A stretch of 64,000 nt of DNA from a virus (lineage: Duplodnaviria > Caudoviricetes). Each line of letters begins with the position of its first letter. The stretch's first letter is position 1. Where the stretch lies: the IMG/VR virus record IMGVR_UViG_3300035208_003115. One strand, given 5' to 3'. Below, piece by piece: positions 10,701 to 18,500 of this stretch. Under the pieces are notes generated by a model. The model did no database searches and was not told the DNA's origin. It saw nothing but the letters and a program-made list of their open reading frames with translations. The translations under genes were made by a program, and so were the position numbers.

Positions 10701-13700
10701 GGCAAATCCAGCCCAAGAAAGAACCAACGTTGGCCTCAGTAAATAATTCTGCGCCGTACGACTGGCAGATTATCTCGAATTTCTCGCCTCCGCCTACATC
10801 AGTAACAAAACCATTGAAGATAGTGGGCATGTCAGCGGGGTTCGCTTCATACCCCATCTTGATTTGAATCTGAGTTCCGGGCTGTAAGAAGAGAGATTTA
10901 ATAGCCTTGTTAGTAAACGGGCTAGTTATTCTATCTTCACTGTTTCTTCTATCTGCAGCATGACTTTCTTTTGCAAACCTGGCCTGTAGATCCGTCAATG
11001 CTCCATCGTGGTTATTCAGGGATAGATGGACGACTGCTGACGGAGAAGCTTTTTCTTTATAGAACCGAATCGACTCGCATGACCTATAGTCGTAGAAGTT
11101 ATCAAATAGAAACCATTCCGGTGAATTCTCTTCCCGGAAGTATATCTTGTAAGTCGGATATGCCCGCGTCATGGAGAAATATTTAGGATTATTTAAGATC
11201 CCATTACGAGCCTCAGATACGATATCCGGGATGGTTTTCTCGATGTCAACATTAAAGTCTTTGAATGAGGAGCGGAACATTCTATGTTCGTACTCTGCCT
11301 CTGCGATAACAAGGGGAGACGTTTCAGAGCCAAACGCACCCATTGACTTGACGAGGCTATTAGATAAGAAGAGATCATTGAGACTTCTGAAGGTGCCAAA
11401 GTTTACGGGAGAGCTAGACTTAAGGAGTCCTTGCTTTCTTAAGGCTCTCGCCTGTTTATTGGCGGCCTCTTTCAGCTTATCAATAGACTTTTCGGCATCT
11501 GTTTTATTAATAGTTTGCTTGTTTTGATCAGAGGAGTTAGTAGCAGTCTCTTCTTCTTTTCCGATAACATGAAATTCATTGGAAACATAATTGACTGTTC
11601 TTTCAATGGCCATACATATCGAACTGGCTCCGGTCAAGCGACTTAGCGAAGAGGCGTCTGCGCTAACATTCTCCTCAATCGTTTTTGTGTCTTTGTGCGT
11701 TGAGCTACCTATAAACGGGCTATATGATCTCATATAGAATGTGGGGTCTGTCATCAGAACCGGAGACTTTAGCGAACCGTTTGGGTTGCGTAGTAAGTTG
11801 CCGTCATTATCTTCAAGCTGATATGCGAATGGAATACCCAAATCTGTGTAACAGGAAATATATACAGATCCGTCTATGATATCCTGGGGAAGATAGTCCC
11901 CAGTAAATGAAGATCCCTTGTTTGTGATTCCGTATTGAAGAAGTGTTTCTCCACTATAATAATAGTCTCTATATTCCTCGCGGAGTTTGGCCGCCATATT
12001 CTTATCATATCTTTTAATCATGACGTGATTTACTTCTTTAGCTGCCAGAACTGGGTCAACAAAATCTCCACCCCATTTAAAGTATTTACGGGCTATAGCT
12101 CCAATTTGAGACCATACGGCTGACGAAATTGATGACTTCGATATTGCTACTCCATTTTGGATTACACTAAAGTCAACCCCAACTCCGAATGTATGAGATG
12201 AGTTTTCAAAGTCTACTGCGGGGGTTCCATCAGCCCGTAGTTCTTCAGTCTTATCCCGGGGCCTCCAGGCAGATATCATTTCGAGATCAATCCCCAACGA
12301 GGAATTTACTTCTTCCTTAAAACTATTGAATAGACTTAAGATGTCTGCTCGCAGAACGAAGTCGAGACCGAAACGAGAACGATATTCCGTAAAGACTTTT
12401 CCTCTCGCCGGGAGGACTTGTTCCCTAGAGGTTTTAATTCCCAGTAAGCCGAGCTCCCATCTTAGGAGATGAGGGCTACGAATCATCATTTCAAACCGGC
12501 GACAATCTCCATAGAGAATTGTTTGGACAGCGCCTGCCAGAAGAAAGGCTCTTCGGTTCTTATCTTTAGAGTCTTCAGTCCCTCTGTTTTGGGCATTCAG
12601 AGACTCATAATCAAAGTCTGGATTTTTCTTTGCTTGAAGCATCATGAATACAAGAAACTTGGCCCATAGAGGGTGCGAGGTGAGGGCAGACTGTCCTGTC
12701 ATCATCTTCCATATTTGGTTGTAGGCCTTACGACGACTAAAGTTAACGGTATCGACTCTCTTCCCATAGCCAGAAGCAATATCCCCTGCGCTCATATTCC
12801 CCTGATTGGGACGGTTAGGGTCAACGACCATGGGGGCATTTGGATTATCTTTCCCAATATATTCTCCGAAAAGAGTATCAATGCGGAGATCTGGCATCCC
12901 GGCAGCCGTATCATAGAGTGTTTTAGCTGCGGCTATTGCGATGGTCCCATGCAACAGGGCAAGCTTCTCTAGTGTACTTGCTGCACTTATAGCTTTCTGA
13001 ATCTCCCATTTCTCCCCTTCTTTTAGCCATCTAATAAAAGCATTTCTTACTAGACGAACCATGCTTGGAATTAGAATTGTTTCAGTGTACGATGGATTAA
13101 TCTCGTCGAATGTAAACCGAACATCCTCATCTGTTTTCTGAGAACGATTATAGTCCCAGCGAGGGCCATAGAACTCAAGGATTCTAGTTAGTAGTTTCTT
13201 TTTGAAGGCCCTCTTATCTGTGAACCTAGAGTCGAGAGACTTGACAACCTCTGTTTGTTCGTGAAAGGTCCAGCTAACAATGAAAGTTCCTGGGTTTTCT
13301 GGGACACTCTGTATATCCATCGTTCCGTTAACGACAGTAAATATACCGTTTAGGTTGACGACATCGTTGCTTACATAGGTAAGGTTCGACCCAGCATGTC
13401 TCATTTTGCTACGGGCGTCGGTCTCGATTGACTTATCGACTGCCGCTAGCTGTTTTACAATGGCTTCGTTTGAAGTAACGATAGACAACATAATGTCGGA
13501 TGATCCACCCCCGAGATATTGAGCGGTAGGAACCGGGGCAGATATTATTGGGAGGATAGAGGCGGGGTATTGTCTTCTGATAGTGATCCCATCGATGGTT
13601 GTAGTATTGTTGTCCGCGATACTGTACAGTTTTATATATCTGTTCCCGACGTTCATTACAGGAAGATCATATAGGTCATCAATATTCTTAAGGATGATAT

Positions 13701-14655
13701 TATTTAAATCACTCGCCGAGATGGTGTTGGCTATCTCTATCCCGAGATGAGCACTTAAATCTTCTTTTAAATCCTTCTGGGAACCAACCCACCTGCCACT
13801 GCGTCGGCTCTTGTATGCTCCAATAGAAAGATCAAATGCTTCCATAATTGTAGTTACATGATATCCAATATGGAATGATTCTGTTGCATTGGCGGATCCC
13901 CAATCATTCCCGACCGGTTTAACGGCGTCGCCATTTCTTAAAACGCTCGAAGCTGGATCGTTTCGGCTTATGAAATCATCATTTTTAGTAGCGGGCTCAG
14001 AGGCCCTAGCTGCGTCAGTTCGAGTTCCATCATCCTCTAGCTCGCCCGCAAACATAAAGCCGGCATCGACTGACTTAATTAATCCATCCGTATACTGTCT
14101 CCACAGGTTACTGTGTTCGATAGAACTAACGGGGATATCATAGACGGGTTCGCCCTTGCCGTTTAGGCCTTGCCGATAGAACTGCCACTCTTCTACGAGT
14201 GGCTTAGAGTTATACACGGTAAAGGCAATGCGAAGAGTGACCGTATCAGGGAGAGAAGGTTCAGTATTAAGAGTGTAGCCGTTGACGAGAATCGGGATAT
14301 CTTTGTGTTGGACGTCTACGATTCCTGTGTTGTGCTCTACAATCCCATAAACAGTTTCGTTCCACATCGTAATAAATGGGGTTCTACGTAACATTGCTAG
14401 GATTTTTGCTAGCTTGCCATTTATTTGGCCAACACCAGAGAAGACGAGGTCCATATCAAATTGCCACATTCCTCGGCCCGTTTTGAGATAGTTGGCCCCG
14501 CGTTGGCGCATCGTCATCATATGGTCACTAAACTTAGGATTGTTGTAGTGAATATTAATTGGCGGGACATGTAGCCATACATGACCAATCCTAGTTGCGC
14601 CCGGAAGGTCTTTAGCATCAAATGTAAAGTTGGTTTGTTCTTTGGACGAAGCCAT
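7729..14655 (-). CDS. Giant baseplate hub/tail-tip protein with embedded M15 zinc peptidase (virion peptidoglycan hydrolase)
   Basis: SAWR...SSHTFGVGVDF...WGGDF...EVNHV (H821, D828, H877); gpD/gp27-type hub signature LLGNPEIKPYDVIYI...VKSVTHVMSAENGFVSII; IKMGY...IFNGFVTDV. Confidence 0.8.
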   Translation of the reverse strand: MASSKEQTNFTFDAKDLPGATRIGHVWLHVPPINIHYNNPKFSDHMMTMRQRGANYLKTGRGMWQFDMDLVFSGVGQINGKLAKILAMLRRTPFITMWNETVYGIVEHNTGIVDVQHKDIPILVNGYTLNTEPSLPDTVTLRIAFTVYNSKPLVEEWQFYRQGLNGKGEPVYDIPVSSIEHSNLWRQYTDGLIKSVDAGFMFAGELEDDGTRTDAARASEPATKNDDFISRNDPASSVLRNGDAVKPVGNDWGSANATESFHIGYHVTTIMEAFDLSIGAYKSRRSGRWVGSQKDLKEDLSAHLGIEIANTISASDLNNIILKNIDDLYDLPVMNVGNRYIKLYSIADNNTTTIDGITIRRQYPASILPIISAPVPTAQYLGGGSSDIMLSIVTSNEAIVKQLAAVDKSIETDARSKMRHAGSNLTYVSNDVVNLNGIFTVVNGTMDIQSVPENPGTFIVSWTFHEQTEVVKSLDSRFTDKRAFKKKLLTRILEFYGPRWDYNRSQKTDEDVRFTFDEINPSYTETILIPSMVRLVRNAFIRWLKEGEKWEIQKAISAASTLEKLALLHGTIAIAAAKTLYDTAAGMPDLRIDTLFGEYIGKDNPNAPMVVDPNRPNQGNMSAGDIASGYGKRVDTVNFSRRKAYNQIWKMMTGQSALTSHPLWAKFLVFMMLQAKKNPDFDYESLNAQNRGTEDSKDKNRRAFLLAGAVQTILYGDCRRFEMMIRSPHLLRWELGLLGIKTSREQVLPARGKVFTEYRSRFGLDFVLRADILSLFNSFKEEVNSSLGIDLEMISAWRPRDKTEELRADGTPAVDFENSSHTFGVGVDFSVIQNGVAISKSSISSAVWSQIGAIARKYFKWGGDFVDPVLAAKEVNHVMIKRYDKNMAAKLREEYRDYYYSGETLLQYGITNKGSSFTGDYLPQDIIDGSVYISCYTDLGIPFAYQLEDNDGNLLRNPNGSLKSPVLMTDPTFYMRSYSPFIGSSTHKDTKTIEENVSADASSLSRLTGASSICMAIERTVNYVSNEFHVIGKEEETATNSSDQNKQTINKTDAEKSIDKLKEAANKQARALRKQGLLKSSSPVNFGTFRSLNDLFLSNSLVKSMGAFGSETSPLVIAEAEYEHRMFRSSFKDFNVDIEKTIPDIVSEARNGILNNPKYFSMTRAYPTYKIYFREENSPEWFLFDNFYDYRSCESIRFYKEKASPSAVVHLSLNNHDGALTDLQARFAKESHAADRRNSEDRITSPFTNKAIKSLFLQPGTQIQIKMGYEANPADMPTIFNGFVTDVGGGEKFEIICQSYGAELFTEANVGSFLGWICPPKAFIWWMLLDSKVKHLGRLVQASILPSTVTDFIDGPAFDDNIYIDQELEPGTWRLLQSYNADNMTKWDALQDIAAAHPGYICQVVPYDDRETVFFGRPDDWYKYTQDLGVTRQYMKLSLDLIPDLGGGWRSLNKKAPNSNKSVREKFQEEMANDATPEAKKPEFNYLQWMKVKDRIDQAFAKWRANHAEGAKGRTMSLLMDYCKVVDVLNTIGSDGSTGNIQFQLGTEEPQKSERKSDTRDFGLNSKEESPGPIYAKKETDPYEAEIARLAKELIKSQPSDPLKSEMLDHLDPVVRSSILKSLSGRTIPLLDFYRDTDVQTVYATLSRAKIQTTGIDQKDVALFDNLQGVLSRYDLILDEKKVKEELKNLATDIPFIGDQADFDKSLLGPMKKIYKKYGIESPLAVICWFKLSSIWQLLLGTFLPGGDKKTTSTSSRNPMDLNQITDETKNKNSISFEGHIPFNFYVNHRVGEITIKKLDNGSISFSGPIFRTDLKTHTVFRNILLQNLVDISGEFQKVLAEFGHSPIEKRFRNYHIASGYEHIVDNKICSNFTGMWNQVKVKYKRHDFMDYYTPFLPQLIFGDKLNNEFQIQAGETLDDRVTRELTIPVENAKTVKQARNYATSILAEGVRNMYGGRLVLLGNPEIKPYDVIYIHDDYTKMYGPIEVKSVTHVMSAENGFVSIIEPHAYLDILSQGMGPASLIKEVFDVAMLALLVVPGIGQAGALAKGGQAGASILSKQAVNKAAAQAFKKGKTLGNQLYKFVGSKYKSIAKTFDVATKEAVSSRTLKFMADKKIDNAKYKIITEINKARSLKDASIPQISKLTEANGMEVNAALKNIMRAKPGSSLEAEIDWMIAKGNFAATAGVTGGMVANGSKGAAKVLINKESWAALTKVSFLNMMKTLAVGGPIAYYQMFAGIDDPNYACPLRITPLSLMGKPFHAGLDGITHRGGIWENMAGEWRRLSGSVNTVAGALEEFYSSITGMNL

Positions 14656-17600
14656 TATGTACCTAGTCTGAGTTGACGGTGATATTCATCTCGGAATATC
14701 TTAGCATAATTTTGTTCACTTGAGTCATCACGGATGTTAATGCTGGCTTTGGCGGGACGCTTGTATTTGCTGGACAGGGCGTCAGCTAGATCTACGAACT
14801 TGCTATTATGTTCACGCTGTGCCTCTTTTATTTTAACACGAACATCGTATGATTTTTCGGGCATTAATCTGACAGATCGTTGGCTTCTAGCTGCTACAAC
14901 TGGATCGGGCTCATTTGTCTTAACATACCTGCCACTATCGTCCTTTTGTTCCCCTGAACGCTGCGCATTGCTGACAACCGTTATATTGCCTGGTTTGCGC
15001 ATAGACATTCCTACCCCAGCTAGAACTGCTCCTCCAATAGCCAAAGAGGTCCATCCTCTTCCCTGTCTAAGACCAGATACGTAACTTCCTACTGCCTCTC
15101 GAACAGCTCCTCCAATCTCTTGACCCGTAGATTTAGCAGCGTCTGCATAGGTTCGATTCTGTGCAGACTGTCTGGCTGCTGATTCAAATACTCCAGCCTT
15201 ATGGAATGCTCCTTCTACACTGCCTTGGGGGAACGATGTTTCCCCGGGGAGAAATGCTTCGAAGAGTTGAGCAATAGAGGCAGGGCCTCCTACCGATGTT
15301 GTCTTCTGCATTGCCGCGGTTATGCTATTTTGACCAGCCGTAAGGGATTCTAGAATATCTCTGGCAATAACGCTCTTTCTAGCGTTGGGGCCAAACATTT
15401 TCATATGGTCCGGGGTTAGAAGATCCATAAGCTTCATGGCCTTCTTTGTTGGATCGGACCCATATAGTATCTCGGACATATTTACAAACTGAGCGGAACC
15501 TTGAAGATTTCTTTTGGCATTAATCTGTTCTTCGGCTAAGCCAAAAAGAACATTGCTTAGATTGGTGGAATATTCCTGAGTAAACTTGCCCCTCAATATA
15601 TTCGAGGGATCAGTTCCCTTCATCATAGCGCCGGCAAATACCTTGAAAGCGGCGTTATGGGTTACACCAGTATTCCGGCCCTTGAGAATATTCGTCATTG
15701 CTACTTCAAAAGGAGTTTTGCTCTCAACTGCAGCTAAGTTAATTGGAGTGTCAGTTCGTATTAGCTTTTGAATAGCGGCATCTTCTGCTTCCTTAAATGC
15801 CGACTGCTTACGGTACCATGTTTCTTTTAACTCCTGCTGTACGTCCGCTCTCCCCATAAATTCAGACACAGTATTTCTTGGGTCAGCATCGAGATCTCCA
15901 TGGATTATAGATCCAGATCCCTGAGATAGAAGTTCATCGATCTTCTTCCCATAGTGACCCGCTGCAGTTATTTCGGGATTCATCAGCCACATACGAGACG
16001 AAGTCCATCCTGCTGGGGCTCCTGGTGGACGCATCTGAGTGCTATAAAAGCCGCCAGATTGCTCTAGTGTCTTTTTTACAAAGCCAAGGTTTCTTTTACC
16101 AGTTGCCTGATGCATTATCTGCTTGGCTTTTTTAAGTGAAACGACATGGAAGCCGCCCAAATCACCTTTGAAAGTCGGATCTACGGCTGAGATTTGTCTG
16201 CGGATAATAGCTTCCTGTTCGGCATTCAAGAAGCCCATCGTAGTACGAGTTCCCTTAAGACGGGTCTTAAGGACCATGTTTTCCATAAGCTTGTTTTTGC
16301 CAGATAAACCCGCAAACTCATTAAGATATCTCTGGCCCGCTAACTGGATTGCAGTTCTATCTCCAGATGCGGTAGCTTTAATAACACCAAGTTTGGCCTT
16401 ATTTACTTCACTGGCCCATGTTTTCCCTCCCGGTGTGGCATACATCGCGGATAGGTCTTGGCTAAGAAGCGGAAGCTGGGAATAGCTTCTGGTGACTCCT
16501 TCTCCAAGTGTAAAGTCAAAAGTAGATCCAAGAGGAAGCATCCATGTTTTATTACGGCCACCTTGAACTCCACTTGAAAGTCCCATTTTAGTAAGAGCGG
16601 TAGATAGTTGTTTGTCAAGCTCCGGATCGAAGAGGATATTGCCTGAGTGACCCTGAAAGGCCCCACCACTTATGGTTATATTTTTAGCAATGGCTGCCTG
16701 GAGATCCGAAGTTAAAGTTTCTGCTCCAGGAACCGGAGTTTTGCTTTGAAGATATTTGAGGATATTTCTAAACTCTTGACCCTCGGATGTAGACGCAATT
16801 TTCTCGGCTATGAGGCGTTCTTGAACTGTCATGCCGGCTTGCTTGAGTCCCATTAAATCTTGAACTCCAGCCTTAATGAATGGACCTTCTTTATTTAGAT
16901 TTGTTTGATCGAGGGCCTGGACATATACCGGGTGAGCTACCCCCTTAAGATTAACTCCCTCTAGAAGAGCAGTAACAGTCGCCCCATACTGGGACGGAAG
17001 AAGACCGGCGGCCCTGCGAACATGGCCAGCTTTGATTCCGAAGTTATCTGGGAATAGAAGTGTTCCATTAAGAGCTCTGACCATGGAGTCGGAACCCATT
17101 GCTCTATTCTCTCGGTTAAGAGCATTGGCAAGTCTTTGGGCATTTACTAGACGTTTCTTGGGAGAGACAAATTGCGGATCTGTTAAATAGATTTCCGCGG
17201 CCTGATAGAGCGGAACCATCGTTCGAGCTTCAGAGCCTTTAGCCAGAGGAGCTAGAACAATATCGGTAGTAGCCGCTGTTCCCTTAAATGCCGAAGGAGA
17301 GTGAGCCGCCAATCCTTTTCTTAATTCAATAGATAGTTTCGCACCAACACCTAGTGCTTCTCTTTCCCCATAGTTGAGTCGAAGGTTTTTCCCCTCCTTG
17401 ACTAAGGACAGGGCAATATTATCTGTTCCTGGCGCAGTCTTTCCAAGATGCCGGAGAGCTTCGCGAGGAGTATATCCCTCGGCAATAAGAGCTTTAAAGT
17501 CTGCATCTTTTTCTAGACTTGCAGAACGGATAGCATTGATAACATCGTTGTCTATGGATGCGCCATGGATAAGTTTGTCGAGAAATCCCTTAGAAACATC

Positions 17601-18500
17601 AGAAGGATTAAAGGCAATTGTTTTAGGTCTATATGAGTAATAACCAGATAAGGCATTGGGCCTAATCGCGAATGCGTCTCCGGCTAGGGCGGCAACTTGA
17701 GTTAAATCTCCGCCGGCTCCAGGAGTTGCGTACTCCGCCATTCTCACTAGACTAGTATTATATGCTCCTGCTCTAAAGTTGGAACCCGGGATACTAGATG
17801 TATACCCGGGACGGGCCCCCGTGAGCATCTCATCAACGATTCCTTCGGCGACTTCTATTCCTCTCGGAGTCCACGATGCACTAGAAGTAGTCCCGATTCC
17901 AGGGCCACTTTCCTGACCGATTGGCAGGAAGTCTAGGATGGTGGCATATTTTCGGACTTCTTCCTGGGTTCCTAGTCCCGGGTAGATTCCCATAAGATTT
18001 TTGCCACTATAAATATACTGGCCAGCTTTACTTCCTACTCCACTAGTTCCGCCACCACGAGAAATAATCTCATTGGCCCATTCCTCGTGTTGCTCCATAG
18101 ATGGGAATGGAACATTGGCCATCTTCTGGGCCCAGCTTATGTCCTCGACGCTAGACGAGAAAGCATATCTTCCTGCCCTACCTGTCAGCGAGCTAATAGA
18201 TGGCATCTTGAGGGTGAGGTCTTTTGCCTCTCTTAGGAAGCCTTTTAGGCTAGAACCCCTCTTAGAAGGGTCGGTTATGCCCGCTATCTGCCCCAAACGC
18301 CTATTAATATACTGAGGAAGGCTATATAGGCCTCCCTCATAGTAAAACTGCCTAGAAGTCCTTCTAAGGCCATTGTATATAACCGTATTATTGGGCCCCT
18401 CTATGGGGAGTCCACTATACGGATTAACCGCAAGGCCCGGATGTTCCTTGTTTAGATAGTCAATGACCGAGCGGTCGTATGGAGAATATTTAGGAGACAT
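14655..18500 (-). CDS. Putative single-chain two-barrel (beta plus beta-prime-like) virion RNA polymerase
   Basis: Collinear RNAP-like motifs: GDAFAI (~275), GAKLSIELRKG (386-396), DIVLAPLA (413), LSGKNKLMENMVLKTRLKGTR (~732-752), RPP (824), HGDLDAD (867-873). Confidence 0.7.
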   Translation of the reverse strand: MSPKYSPYDRSVIDYLNKEHPGLAVNPYSGLPIEGPNNTVIYNGLRRTSRQFYYEGGLYSLPQYINRRLGQIAGITDPSKRGSSLKGFLREAKDLTLKMPSISSLTGRAGRYAFSSSVEDISWAQKMANVPFPSMEQHEEWANEIISRGGGTSGVGSKAGQYIYSGKNLMGIYPGLGTQEEVRKYATILDFLPIGQESGPGIGTTSSASWTPRGIEVAEGIVDEMLTGARPGYTSSIPGSNFRAGAYNTSLVRMAEYATPGAGGDLTQVAALAGDAFAIRPNALSGYYSYRPKTIAFNPSDVSKGFLDKLIHGASIDNDVINAIRSASLEKDADFKALIAEGYTPREALRHLGKTAPGTDNIALSLVKEGKNLRLNYGEREALGVGAKLSIELRKGLAAHSPSAFKGTAATTDIVLAPLAKGSEARTMVPLYQAAEIYLTDPQFVSPKKRLVNAQRLANALNRENRAMGSDSMVRALNGTLLFPDNFGIKAGHVRRAAGLLPSQYGATVTALLEGVNLKGVAHPVYVQALDQTNLNKEGPFIKAGVQDLMGLKQAGMTVQERLIAEKIASTSEGQEFRNILKYLQSKTPVPGAETLTSDLQAAIAKNITISGGAFQGHSGNILFDPELDKQLSTALTKMGLSSGVQGGRNKTWMLPLGSTFDFTLGEGVTRSYSQLPLLSQDLSAMYATPGGKTWASEVNKAKLGVIKATASGDRTAIQLAGQRYLNEFAGLSGKNKLMENMVLKTRLKGTRTTMGFLNAEQEAIIRRQISAVDPTFKGDLGGFHVVSLKKAKQIMHQATGKRNLGFVKKTLEQSGGFYSTQMRPPGAPAGWTSSRMWLMNPEITAAGHYGKKIDELLSQGSGSIIHGDLDADPRNTVSEFMGRADVQQELKETWYRKQSAFKEAEDAAIQKLIRTDTPINLAAVESKTPFEVAMTNILKGRNTGVTHNAAFKVFAGAMMKGTDPSNILRGKFTQEYSTNLSNVLFGLAEEQINAKRNLQGSAQFVNMSEILYGSDPTKKAMKLMDLLTPDHMKMFGPNARKSVIARDILESLTAGQNSITAAMQKTTSVGGPASIAQLFEAFLPGETSFPQGSVEGAFHKAGVFESAARQSAQNRTYADAAKSTGQEIGGAVREAVGSYVSGLRQGRGWTSLAIGGAVLAGVGMSMRKPGNITVVSNAQRSGEQKDDSGRYVKTNEPDPVVAARSQRSVRLMPEKSYDVRVKIKEAQREHNSKFVDLADALSSKYKRPAKASINIRDDSSEQNYAKIFRDEYHRQLRLGT

